64,000 nt of DNA. Source: Hypanus sabinus (Eukaryota). Below are positions 50,345-62,344 of the stretch, piece by piece. The notes under the pieces are model-generated. The model worked only from the letters and a program-made list of their open reading frames with translations. It was not told the origin of the DNA and did no database searches. Position numbers and translations under genes: made by a program. Positions within the stretch are counted from its first letter, which is position 1; each line of letters opens with the position of its first letter. The DNA is taken from assembly GCF_030144855.1 (NCBI RefSeq), contig NC_082714.1, forward strand, positions 59,644,001 through 59,708,000, in the 5' to 3' direction.

Positions 50345-53300
50345 GGATCTGCTGACTGAAGTGTGAGGGCTTGGTGGATCTGCTGACTGAAGTGTGAGGG
50401 CTTGATGGATCTGCTGACTGAAGTGTGAGGGCTTGGTGGATCTGCTGACTGAAGTGTGAGGGCTTGGTGGATCTGCTGACTCTGAAGTGTGAGGGCTTGG
50501 TGGATCTGCTGACTGAAGTGTGAGGGCTTGGTGGATCTGCTGACTGAAGTGTGAGGGCTTGGTGGATCTGCTGACTCTGAAGTGTGAGGGCTTGGTGGAT
50601 CTGCTGACTGAAGTGTGAGGGCTTGGTGGATCTGCTGACTGAAGTGTGAGGGCTTGGTGGATCTGCTGACTGAAGTGTGAGGGCTTGGTGGATCTGCTGA
50701 CTGAAGTGTGAGGGCTTGGTGGATCTGCTGACTCTGAAGTGTGAGGGCTTGGTGGATCTGCTGACTCTGAAGTGTGAGGGCTTGGTGGATCTGCTGACTG
50801 AAGTGTGAGGGCTTGGTGGATCTGCTGACTCTGAAGTGTGAGGGCTTGGTGGATCTGCTGACTGAAGTGTGAGGGCTTGGTGGATCTGCTGACTGAAGTG
50901 TGAGGGCTTGGTGGATCTGCTGACTCTGAAGTGTGAGGGCTTGGTGGATCTGCTGACTCTGAAGTGTGAGGGCTTGGTGGATCTGCTGACTGAAGTGTGA
51001 GGGCTTGGTGGATCTGCTGACTGAAGTGTGAGGGCTTGGTGGATCTGCTGACTCTGAAGTGTGAGGGCTTGGTGGATCTGCTGACTCTGAAGTGTGAGGG
51101 CTTGGTGGATCTGCTGACTGAAGTGTGAGGGCTTGGTGGATCTGCTGACTCTGAAGTGTGAGGGCTTGGTGGATCTGCTGACTCTGAAGTGTGAGGGCTT
51201 GGTGGATCTGCTGACTGAAGTGTGAGGGCTTGGTGGATCTGCTGACTCTGAAGTGTGAGGGCTTGGTGGATCTGCTGACTCTGAAGTGTGAGGGCTTGGT
51301 GGATCTGCTGACTGAAGTGTGAGGGCTTGGTGGATCTGCTGACTCTGAAGTGTGAGGGCTTGGTGGATCTGCTGACTCTGAAGTGTGAGGGCTTGGTGGA
51401 TCTGCTGACTCTGAAGTGTGAGGGCTTGGTGGATCTGCTGACTCTGAAGTGTGAGGGCTTGGTGGATCTGCTGACTGAAGTGTGAGGGCTTGGTGGATCT
51501 GCTGACTGAAGTGTGAGGGCTTGGTGGATCTGCTGACTGAAGTGTGAGGGCTTGGTGGATCTGCTGACTCTGAAGTGTGAGGGCTTGGTGGATCTGCTGA
51601 CTGAAGTGTGAGGGCTTGGTGGATCTGCTGACTCTGAAGTGTGAGGGCTTGGTGGATCTGCTGACTCTGAAGTGTGAGGGCTTGGTGGATCTGCTGACTC
51701 TGAAGTGTGAGGGCTTGGTGGATCTGCTGACTGAAGTGTGAGGGCTTGGTGGATCTGCTGACTGAAGTGTGAGGGCTTGGTGGATCTGCTGACTCTGAAG
51801 TGTGAGGGCTTGGTGGATCTGCTGACTCTGAAGTGTGAGGGCTTGGTGGATCTGCTGACTCTGAAGTGTGAGGGCTTGGTGGATCTGCTGACTGAAGTGT
51901 GAGGGCTTGGTGGATCTGCTGACTGAAGTGTGAGGGCTTGGTGGATCTGCTGACTGAAATGTGAGGGCTTGGTGGATCTGCTGACTCTGAAGTGTGAGGG
52001 CTTGGTGGATCTGCTGACTCTGAAGTGTGAGGGCTTGGTGGATCTGCTGACTGAAGTGTGAGGGCTTGGTGGATCTGCTGACTCTGAAGTGTGAGGGCTT
52101 GGTGGATCTGCTGACTGAAGTTTGAGGGCTTGGTGGATCTGCTGACTGAAGTGTGAGGGCTTGGTGGATCTGCTGACTCTGAAGTGTGAGGGCTTGGTGG
52201 ATCTGCTGACTGAAGTGTGAGGGCTTGGTGGATCTGCTGACTCTGAAGTGTGAGGGCTTGGTGGATCTGCTGACTCTGAAGAGTGAGGGCTTGGTGGATC
52301 TGCTGACTGAAGTGTGAGGGCTTGGTGGATCTGCTGACTCTGAAGTGTGAGGGCTTGGTGGATCTGCTGACTGAAGTGTGAGGGCTTGGTGGATCTGCTG
52401 ACTCTGAAGTGTGAGGGCTTGGTGGATCTGCTGACTCTGAAGTGTGAGGGCTTGGTGGATCTGCTGACTGAAGTGTGAGGGCTTGGTGGATCTGCTGACT
52501 CTGAAGTGTGAGGGCTTGGTGGATCTGCTGACTGAAGTGTGAGGGCTTGGTGGATCTGCTGACTCTGAAGTGTGAGGGCTTGGTGGATCTGCTGACTCTG
52601 AAGTGTGAGGGCTTGGTGGATCTGCTGACTGAAGTGTGAGGGTTTGGTGGATCTGCTGACTGAAGTGTGAGGGCTTGGTGGATCTGCTGACTGAAGTGTG
52701 AGGGCTTGGTGGATCTGCTGACTGAAGTGTGAGGGCTTGGTGGATCTGCTGACTCTGAAGTGTGAGGGCTTGGTGGATCTGCTGACTCTGAAGTGTGAGG
52801 GCTTGGTGGATCTGCTGACTGAAGTGTGAGGGCTTGGTGGATCTGCTGACTGAAGTGTGAGGGCTTGGTGGATCTGCTGACTGAAGTGTGAGGGCTTGGT
52901 GGATCTGCTGACTCTGAAGTGTGAGGGCTTGGTGGATCTGCTGACTGAAGTGTGAGGGCTTGGTGGATCTGCTGACTCTGAAGTGTGAGGGCTTGGTGGA
53001 TCTGCTGACTGAAGTGTGAGGGCTTGGTGGATCTGCTGACTCTGAAGTGTGAGGGCTTGGTGGATCTGCTGACTGATGTGTGAGGGCTTGGTGGATCTGC
53101 TGACTGAAGTGTGAGGGCTTGGTGGATCTGTTGACTGAAGTGTGAGGGCTTGGTGGATCTGCTGACTGAAGTGTGAGGGCTTGGTGGATCTGCTGACTCT
53201 GAAGTGTGAGGGCTTGGTGGATCTGCTGACTGAAGTGTGAGGGCTTGGTGGATCTGCTGACTCTGAAGTGTGAGGGCTTGGTGGATCTGCTGACTCTGAA

Positions 53301-56300
53301 GTGTGAGGGCTTGGTGGATCTGCTGACTGAAGTGTGAGGGCTTGGTGGATCTGCTGACTGAATTGTGAGGGCTTGTTGGATCTGCTGACTGAAGTGTGAG
53401 GGCTTGGTGGATCTGCTGACTCTGAAGTGTGAGGGCTTGGTGGATCTGCTGACTGAAGTGTGAGGGCTTGGTGGATCTGCTGACTCTGAAGTGTGAGGGC
53501 TTGGTGGATCTGCTGACTCTGAAGTGTGAGGGCTTGGTAGATCTGTTGACTGAAGTGTGAGGGCTTGGTGGATCTGCTGACTGAAGTGTGAGGGCTTGGT
53601 GGATCTGCTGACTCTGAAGTGTGAGGGCTTGGTGGATCTGCTGACTGAAGTGTGAGGGCTTGGTGGATCTGCTGACTCTGAAGTGTGAGGGCTTGGTGGA
53701 TCTGCTGACTGAAGTGTGAGGGCTTGGTGGATCTGCTGACTGAAGTGTGAGGGCTTGGTGGATCTGCTGACTCAGAAGTGTGAGGGCTTGGTGGATCTGC
53801 TGACTCTGGTGTGAGGGCTTGGTGGATCTGCTGACTGAAGTGTGAGGGCTTGGTGGATCTGCTGATTGAAGTGTGAGGGCTTGGTGGATCTGCTGACTCT
53901 GAAGTGTGAGGGCTTGGTGGATCTGCTGACTGAAGTGTGAGGGCTTGGTGGATCTGCTGAATGAAGTGTGAGGGCTTGGTGGATCTGCTGACTCTGAAGT
54001 GTGAGGGCTTGGTGGATCTGCTTACTCTGAAGTGTGAGTGCTTGGTGGATCTGCTGACTCTGAAGTGTGAGGGCTTGGTGGATCTGCTGACTCTGAAGTG
54101 TGAGGGCTTGGTGGATCTGCTGACTCTGAAGTGTGAGGGCTTGGTGGATCTGCTGACTGAAGTGTGAGGGCTTGGTGGATCTGCTGACTCTGAAGTGTGA
54201 GGGCTTGGTGGATCTGCTGACTCTGAAGTGTGAGGGCTTGGTGGATCTGCTGACTCTGAAGTGTGAGGGCTTGGTGGATCTGCTGACTGAAGTGTGAGGG
54301 CTTGGTGGATCTGCTGACTCTGAAGTGTGAGGGCTTGGTGGATCTGCTGACTCTGAAGTGTGAGGGCTTGGTGGATCTGCTGACTGAAGTGTGAGGGCTT
54401 GGTGGATCTGCTGATTGAAGTGTGAGGGCTTGGTGGATCTGCTGACTCTGAAGTGTGAGGGCTTGGTGGATCTGCTGACTCTGAAGTGTGAGTGCTTGGT
54501 GGATCTGCTGACTCTGAAGTGTGAGGGCTTGGTGGATCTGCTGACTCTGAAGTGTGAGGGCTTGGTGGATCTGCGGACTCTGAAGTGTGAGGGCTTGGTG
54601 GATCTGCTGACTGAAGTGTGAGGGCTTGGTGGATCTGCTGACTGAAGTGTGAGGGCTTGGTGGATCTGCTGACTGAAGTGTGAGGGCTTGGTGGATCTGC
54701 TGACTGAAGTGTGAGGGCTTGGTGGATCTGCTGACTGAAGTGTGAGGGCTTGGTGGATCTGCTGACTCTGAAGTGTGAGGGCTTGGTGGATCTGCTGACT
54801 CTGAAGTGTGAGGGCTTGGTGGATCTGCTGACTGAAGTGTGAGGGCTTGGTGGATCTGCTGACTGAAGTGTGAGGGCTTGGTGGATCTGCTGACTGAAGT
54901 GTGAGGGCTTGGTGGATCTGCTGACTGAAGTGTGAGGGCTTGGTGGATCTGCTGACTCTGAAGTGTGAGGGCTTGGTGGATCTGCTGACTCTGGTGTGAG
55001 GGCTTGGTGGATCTGCTGACTGAAGTGTGAGGGCTTGGTGGATCTGCTGATTGAAGTGTGAGGGCTTAGTGGATCTGCTGACTCTGAAGTGTGAGGGCTT
55101 GGTGGATCTGCTGACTGAAGTGTGAGGGCTTGGTGGATCTGCTGATTGAAGTGTGAGGGCTTGGTGGATCTGCTGACTCTGAAGTGTGAGGGCTTGGTGG
55201 ATCTGCTTACTCTGAAGTGTGAGTGCTTGGTGGATCTGCTGACTGAAGTGTGAGGGCTTGGTGGATCTGCTGACTCTGAAGTGTGAGGGCTTGGTGGATC
55301 TGCTGACTCTGAAGTGTGAGGGCTTGGTGGATCTGCTGACTCTGAAGTGTGAGGGCTTGGTGGATCTGCTGACTGAAGTGTGAGGGCTTGGTGGATCTGC
55401 TGACTCTGAAGTGTGAGGGCTTGGTGGATCTGCTGACTCTGAAGTGTGAGGGCTTGGTGGATCTGCTGACTCTGAAGTGTGAGGGCTTGGTGGATCTGCT
55501 GACTCTGAAGTGTGAGGGCTTGGTGGATCTGCTGACTCTGGTGTGAGGGCTTGGTGGATCTGCTGACTGAAGTGTGAGGGCTTGGTGGATCTGCTGATTG
55601 AAGTGTGAGGGCTTGGTGGATCTGCTGACTCTGAAGTGTGAGGGCTTGGTGGATCTGCTGACTGAAGTGTGAGGGCTTGGTGGATCTGCTGACTGAAGTG
55701 TGAGGGCTTGGTGGATCTGCTGACTCTGAAGTGTGAGGGCTTGGTGGATCTGCTGACTCTGAAGTGTGAGGGCTTGGTGGATCTGCTGACTGAAGTGTGA
55801 GGGCTTGGTGGATCTGCTGATTGAAGTGTGAGGGCTTGGTGGATCTGCTGACTCTGAAGTGTGAGGGCTTGGTGGATCTGCTGACTCTGAAGTGTGAGTG
55901 CTTGGTGGATCTGCTGACTCTGAAGTGTGAGGGCTTGGTGGATCTGCTGACTGAAGTGTGAGGGCTTGGTGGATCTGCTGACTCTGAAGTGTGAGGGCTT
56001 GGTGGATCTGCGGACTCTGAAGTGTGAGGGCTTGGTGGATCTGCTGACTGAAGTGTGAGGGCTTGGTGGATCTGCTGACTGACGTGTGAGGGCTTGGTGG
56101 ATCTGCTGACTGAAGTGTGAGGGCTTGGTGGATCTGCTGACTCTGAAGTGTGAGGGCTTGGTGGATCTGCTGACTCTGAAGTGTGAGGGCTTGGTGGATC
56201 TGCTGACTGAAGTGTGAGGGCTTGGTGGATCTGCTGACTCTGAAGTGTGAGGGCTTGGTGGATCTGCTGATTTAAGTGTGAGGGCTTGGTGGATCTGCTG

Positions 56301-56366
56301 ACTCTGAAGTGTGAGGGCTTGTTGGATCTGCTGACTCTGAAGTGTGAGGGCTTGGTGGATCTGCTG
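50345..56366. repeat. Minisatellite/VNTR, ~6.0 kb, roughly 190 units of 31 or 33 bp: GGATCTGCTGACT(CT)GAAGTGTGAGGGCTTGGT
   Basis: Directly visible; two length classes differing by a CT dinucleotide, with rare point variants. Confidence 0.99.
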
Positions 56367-56481
56367 CTTTCCACTTCTGTTACTTGTGTTTGGCATCCGC
56401 CCTGCTCCTATCGTGGAGAGTCATTAGTTGCTCAGTGCTCTGAAAGAAGTTGCATAAAGTGGACTAGCCTAATACAGCATG

Positions 56482-57335
56482 GTCAAAGTTCAAAGCAAAT
56501 TTATGATCAAAGTAGTATATGTTGCTATATACTACCTTGAGACTTATTTTCCTAAAGGCATTCACCATAGAACAAAGAAATAAAATAGAATCAGTGTAAA
56601 ACTACACTCAAAGACTAACAACCAACCAATCAGCAAAAGAAGACAAACTGTGCAAATATAAAAAAATCAAATAAGCAAATAAACGATTCTGAGAACATGA
56701 GTTATAGAGTGATTGTGGGATCAGTTCAGAGTTGAGGCAAGTGAAGTTATTCACACTGGTTCAGGAACGTGATGGTTAAAGGACAAAAACTGTTCCGGAA
56801 ACTTGTGGTATGGTATCTAAGGCCCCTGTACCTCCTTCCCAATGGCAGCAGAGAAAAGAGAGAATGACCTGGGTGGTGGATGCCCCTGCTTTCTTGTGCC
56901 AGCACTCCTTGTAGATGTGCTCCTTGGTGGGGAAGACTTTGACGATGATGGACTGGGCTGTATCTATTTTAGGTCATTGATGTTTCCATACCAGACCGTG
57001 ATGCAATCAGACACAATCATCTCCACTATGCATGTATAGAAGTCTACCAAAGTTTTAGGTGACATGCCAAATCTGTGCAAACTTCTAAGAAAGAAGAGGC
57101 ACTTGCCATAAAGTGGTGGTCCCAGGAAAGATCCTTTGGTATGATAATGCCAGGAATTTAAAGTTATTGATCTTCTCTATCTCCGGTCCCTTAATCAGGG
57201 CCGACTCATGGACCTCCAGGTTCTTCCTCCTGTAGTCAATAGTCAGCTTTTTGCTTTTACTGACATTCAGTGAAAGGCAGCTGCTGTGCACCATACAACC
57301 AGATTTTCAATCTTCGTCCTATATTCACATCCCTC
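56482..57335 (-). mobile_element. Rex1/Babar LINE 3' fragment
   Basis: ORF 57085-57294 LSLNVSKSKKLTIDYRRK..INNFKFL; tail caaagttcaaag at ~56485. Confidence 0.8.
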
Positions 57336-57339
57336 CTCG

Positions 57340-57690
57340 CCGTCAGTAGTATCTTCATGAGGAATTACCTCAAGAAAAAAATCCCCAACATCCATTACAT
57401 GCCACTTTTTCACAGCTATCATTGGGGTGGAAGCCTAAAGTCCCCCACTTCTCGCTTCCAGAATGGTTAGTTCCTATCAACAATCAGGTTCTTGAAGCAA
57501 TCTGCACAACCCTAATGACTACCTTAGTAATACAACACTATGTACATTCTGCACACTGATGGACTTCGCTATTTCTGTTCTAATTGTTTTCTTTCTTGTA
57601 AAAATTATGCATAATTCATATTTAATTTATGAATTTCTTGTGTGCTGTGCATCTGTGATGCTGATGGAGGCAAAATCTTTCGTTGTCTAT
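57340..57690 (+). mobile_element. Rex-type LINE extreme 3' end, old
   Basis: LFHSYHWGGSLKSPTSRFQN resembles the Rex ORF terminus; AT-rich 3'UTR ending in aacaataaa. Confidence 0.55.
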
Positions 57691-57849
57691 AACAATAAAT
57701 ATGACATTAACATTGTTCTTTGACTTTTTTCAGATGCTTCTCCTCCATTTAACAGTTTACCCCTCGGTCTCCAAGGATGTTGCATTTCTTCATGTGCTTG
57801 ACATGTGTGTAAAGTTGTCATAGGGCCCTTTTGCCCTCTGAATCTGCAC

Positions 57850-58110
57850 AGACTGTCAACCACACCTTTCCATGAATCCTGCATTAATTCTCCCACACTC
57901 TCATTGACTTGCCCTGATTCTACCACTCACTGGAGACAATGGACAGTGCAAAATTGACCATGTCTTTTGGAAATGGAAGGAAATTGGAAGAAACCCACTT
58001 GAGCACAGGCAGAACATGCAAACTACACACAGACAGTACCTGAGGTGAGGATTGAACCCTATTCTCTGGGAGTCTGAGACAGCAGCTCTACTAGTTATGT
58101 CAGTCTGCAA
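57850..58110 (-). mobile_element. tRNA-derived V-SINE/HE1-like SINE
   Basis: Reverse complement has a B-box-like GGGTTCAATCC (58047-58059) followed by gtgtagtttgcatgttct...gtgggtttcttcc. Confidence 0.75.
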
Positions 58111-58459
58111 AGTGTTTCCTTTGTGTACCTTGCTATCATGGCTGTCCCCAGGTTGCAGTCCTATTTGGAATCATACCCTTAAGTCCCTGGCTCCTGTCCC
58201 CTCCTGTTAGAAATTTTCCCCTTATGTGAACACACAGAACACTGCAGTCATACAATTAAACTCACTGTATGCAGATATAAAGTCATTTGCACCCTAATGT
58301 AAACCTACACATAATTAATTGCTCATGTTCTGATATAAACATCCATTAACTGGTAAAAACATTTATACCCCGAAGTGATTCACTGCACCTTGCTATAAAT
58401 ATACTGCACCCTGGTATCAGCTATAAACAAACTCACTCCTTGACATAAATAGCTTTTCC

Positions 58460-59705
58460 ATGACACAGCTGCACAACTAGCAGAGTTGCTGCCTCGCCTC
58501 TCCAGGGATCCAGGTTTAGTCCTAACCACCAGCGCCACTTGTATGGGCTTGATACCAAAGATAAGAGGCTAAGGTCAAAGTTGAGGCCTGATGGCAAAAG
58601 TCCAGGGTCTACGATTCTGCGAGTCCACTGTGGAAGTCGGATGTCTGATGCCTTGCGAGTCCACTGGAGGCTGCCCTATGGTTAGAGGGCTGTCCGGGTG
58701 TGCTGGGGGATTGGAGGATGGGTTGATTTGGCATTCACCCTGTGACTACAAGGATTTGCTTCAGCTGCGTCAGCTTTCATTAAACCACAAGTATAGGAGC
58801 AGAGTTCGGCCATTTGGCCCATCGAATCTGCTCTGCCATTTCACCATTGCTGATGTTTTCCCCTCAGCCCCAATCTCCTGCCTTCCACTCCCACCCCCCA
58901 TCCCCTCATGACCTGATGAATCGAGAATCTATCAGCCTCTGCCTTAAATATGACCTGCCTCCATGGCCGCCTGTGACAATGAATTCCACAGCTTCACCGC
59001 TCTCTGGCTGAAGAAATTTATTCCCATTTCCATTCTAAAAGAACGTCCCTCTGTTTAGGGGCTAGACTCCCCCATGTTCCAAAGGCAAATGGTTAGGGTT
59101 AGTGAGCTGTGGGCTTGCCAGCTTGGTGCTGGACGTGTGCTGACACTTGCAGGCTGCCCAGCACAATCCTCACTGATTTGATTTAACGTAAAATGACACT
59201 TCTCATTGTACAGTCTGCTTCGCTCTTCCGATGTGCATGTGACAAAGCTTATGTTTATCTTTTGCTGTGTTCTGTGTTGCTCTGCTGAACTCTGTGGGCA
59301 TGCTCTGCTGGTGCCAGGATGGGTGGTGACACTTGTAGGCTGCCCCCAGCACATTGTTAGTTTGTGTTGTTTGTTAACAGAGATGACGTACTTCACTGCA
59401 TGCCTCGATGTACATGTTATTAATGAATGAATGAATCTCACTCAGGGTTTGTGCGTAATCTGTGACTGTGTGGATTCCTCCATGAGCTGCAGTTTCATTC
59501 CACACCTCAAAGACATGCAGATTGTCTCTGTAAATTGCCCATAGTGTAGCTGAGGGGTAGAATTTAGGATGGGTGGGAATGGAGGGGGAACAGGGTAATT
59601 GTTGGGAATATGGAGATAGTATATACAAAGAATTAGTGTGGGATGTGTGTAAATGTGTGCTTGATGGCCAGTGCAGTCTCAATCGGTTTCTGTCCTCTGT
59701 GACTA
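58460..59705 (+). mobile_element. V-SINE/HE1-like SINE split by nested inserts (including a minus-strand CR1 3' end at ~58786-59075)
   Basis: tRNA-like head at 58460-58550; core and tail (ctgtgactgtgtggattcctcc...ccacacctcaaagac) resume at ~59445; ataggagcagagttcggccatt CR1 tail lies between. Confidence 0.65.
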
Positions 59706-59714
59706 TCACACATT

Positions 59715-60545
59715 TGCCTAAACAGACTCTTACCTTTAGCTAAATACACTACACTCTGACATAAACATGTTCACCTGATGTAAATTCATACTAATAATGT
59801 AAGTACCAACCTAACGCTGACACGAACACAGTCACAGATAGACGGAGACTCACCCTATATAATCACATTGGAGCTTGATAGAATCATATTCACACCCTGA
59901 TATTATCACGCTTGCATCATAATCTAAACACAGTGCATCCTGGTGTAAACACACTTGGATTCTGATATTATACCCAGTAATCACCCACACAGCTTGATAC
60001 AAACATAGCACCCTGATAGAAGTACCCTTTAGTGCTGCTATAAATGTGTTCACAATTATAAGACTGAACTGATTCAACAGATGGCAAGCATCCTAGCATC
60101 CTGATCTAAACACTCTTAACACCCTGATATAAACACCCTCACATGCTGGTATCACCATGCTAACAGATTTGTAACATGATATAAACACTTACACATTGAT
60201 ATTGACATGCCAACAGATTCAACACATGCTACTCCTATCACAAAATAAAACATGTCATGAGATAAACATGCTAAAAATTCAGAACTGATTATAAACACCA
60301 TCACAAATTAGTACCTGCTCACTGAAACACTGGTATGAGTCTCTTCACACTATGGATGTCAACACTCTTTTCTAGATCTGTTATAAACATCCAGATAATA
60401 AAACTTCAGTTGCTTAAACTTCTATTGACTCTGATATGAGCCCCGTCTCACACTGCTACAAATGGACACCGATGTTTATGCATTAAATTAAATACCCCCC
60501 CGGACATGTTAATCACACGCTAAGGCACACTGACAAATGCACTTA
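59715..60545. repeat. Cryptic diverged short repeat (approximately ACACCCTGATATAAAC); also at 58250-58460 and 63690-64000
   Basis: Recurrent c(c)tgatataaacac variants. Confidence 0.6.
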
Positions 60546-60554
60546 AGTAAACAT

Positions 60555-60820
60555 TCAAGATTCAAGATTGTTTAATGTAATTTCCAGTGCAAAGGAGAAT
60601 GAAATAATTGTTACTTTGGATCCAATGCAGCACGAAATAAAAACACAATAAGATAAAGTACACAATAATAAAAAAACACAATAAATATAAATATTTTATA
60701 GACATAGATCAATTATATGTCCACAAAGTGACACTAGACACAGGAGTGTCTGTACATAAGGTGACTGACAGGAAATGATAAAGTAATGGTGGTGGGGAGT
60801 GGAGGGATGGGTTAGTGGGC
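60555..60820 (-). mobile_element. Short retroposon 3' tail with (AATCTTG)n end
   Basis: attcaagattcaagattgtttaatg; paralogous to 25515-25785. Confidence 0.7.
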
Positions 60821-60974
60821 GTCCATTTCCAATATCTGCACTCACTAATACATATTTCCTCATGGAGTTAATGATATAAACAACCTGAAATATTGAAACT
60901 AATAACTGTAGACACAGATGAATTCAAACGTATTAATACCCACACATTCACCATAACAGAAGATCGAAGTTCAA

Positions 60975-61445
60975 AAATATAAGCAGCAGACGCAGGTGAG
61001 GTCACCCTTCAGTATGATCAGGGTTACCTCATTACCACTTTCCTGGAATGATTCATTTAATATCCTTAAGTCTCTATATCCCTATCTTGAATATACTAGT
61101 GACAATGCTTCCACAACCTCTTGCATAGATCATTCTAAAGATCTCTGTCCTCTGGAAGAATTTTTTGTCTTCTCATGTCTGTCCCAGATGGAATTATTTT
61201 GAGACTGTAACCATTACTTTTAGACACCTTGGCCAAGAGAAACAGCATCTTGCATCCACTCTGTGAAACCTTGCAAGGATTTTGTATGCTTCAGTGAGAT
61301 TGCGCTTGCTGTTCAAAACTCTGGAGAGTACAAGCCCACTCTGCATCATATGACAAACGCACCATCCCAGGAATTAATCTAGTGAACCTTTGCTACACTG
61401 TTGTGAATGTGTACGATTCCTTGAGAAGTGTGACTAGACCTGTAA
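60975..61445 (-). mobile_element. Old CR1 3' fragment
   Basis: catatgacaaacgcaccatcccaggaattaatctagtgaacctt matches the CR1 at ~530-570. Confidence 0.75.
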
Positions 61446-62344
61446 TTTCCCAAGCTCCTGTTGTTTTCCAAGAGATTTTGCATCATGTTTCATAAGAAAG
61501 CATTTTAAATAACTCTTAATTATTTGATGTGTTTAATCCTGTGCCATATATCCACATTCACTCACTGTAACTCAATGACAGGTAAAATTGCATTAACATT
61601 TGTCTCATCATAGAGAAATGCTTCAGAGTGGATTGGTACCCTCTCAACATGCATATGCTCTGCTGAAACACAGGGATTGAAGCAAATCTCTGATTCTAAG
61701 ATCTTCTAAGATGTATCTACATGGCAGCCTACTCTTCTGACTCTATGTCCCTCTGCATTCACCTTTTCTTCTTTATCTGTATTACTTCTATATGTCCATA
61801 GTCTATCTCATTTCCTTTGCCTTTACATCTCTTCCCTCCTTTCAAAAATATCAATAATCTGCATTTTGATTCAGTCATCAGGTACCCATTCTATCCAGCC
61901 TTCCTTCTTTTGGTTCTGCAACCCTTACCCCTGTCATTGGATCATGCACCACAACTTTGGGCATGCAAGAAGAGATGGAAAATTACATATTTAATAGCCT
62001 TTCTTTGTGTGGATACCCTTCCCAAGCACTTGGCATTTTGCATTGGGAGATTCTCTCTAAAACTGGTATATAAAACATACTTAAGGTTTGAAATCCTTGC
62101 TATAGTTCACAGTAAGAAAGAAATGCACACTGTGACACATGATAACATGGAAAAGAAGAGCCAATAATTCATGTTAACACAATGAAACTCCTGCTTTACT
62201 AACATACTAAACATAGAATGAAACTGAGATTCTCTGAACCACAATCAGATACTAACACACTATTTATTTTAAATTCTAAAGATAGTACATTCTAAACTTT
62301 TACACAAAACCTGTGACACACACTAAACGCTTTGATGCACTCTG

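Noticed and set aside
50345-56366. CRISPR-like array or Chi-like site (GCTTGGTGG)
   Set aside because: Units are head-to-tail with no unique spacers; the context is eukaryotic and the Chi match is imperfect and not meaningful here.
50225-56374. 2049-aa ORF as a real giant repeat protein
   Set aside because: It starts at GTG, lies on a minisatellite lacking stops in any consensus frame, and changes peptide register with every 31-bp unit. I saw only three stop-creating variants, so one frame escaping them is expected by chance.
57715-57830. Strong acceptor-like TTTTTTTCAG at ~57725-57734
   Set aside because: No convincing donor or recognisable peptide follows; all frames close within about 30 codons.
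59929-59957. V(D)J recombination signal (CACAGTG heptamer)
   Set aside because: No acceptable ACAAAAACC nonamer at 12 or 23 bp; most other CACAGTG hits lie inside LINEs.
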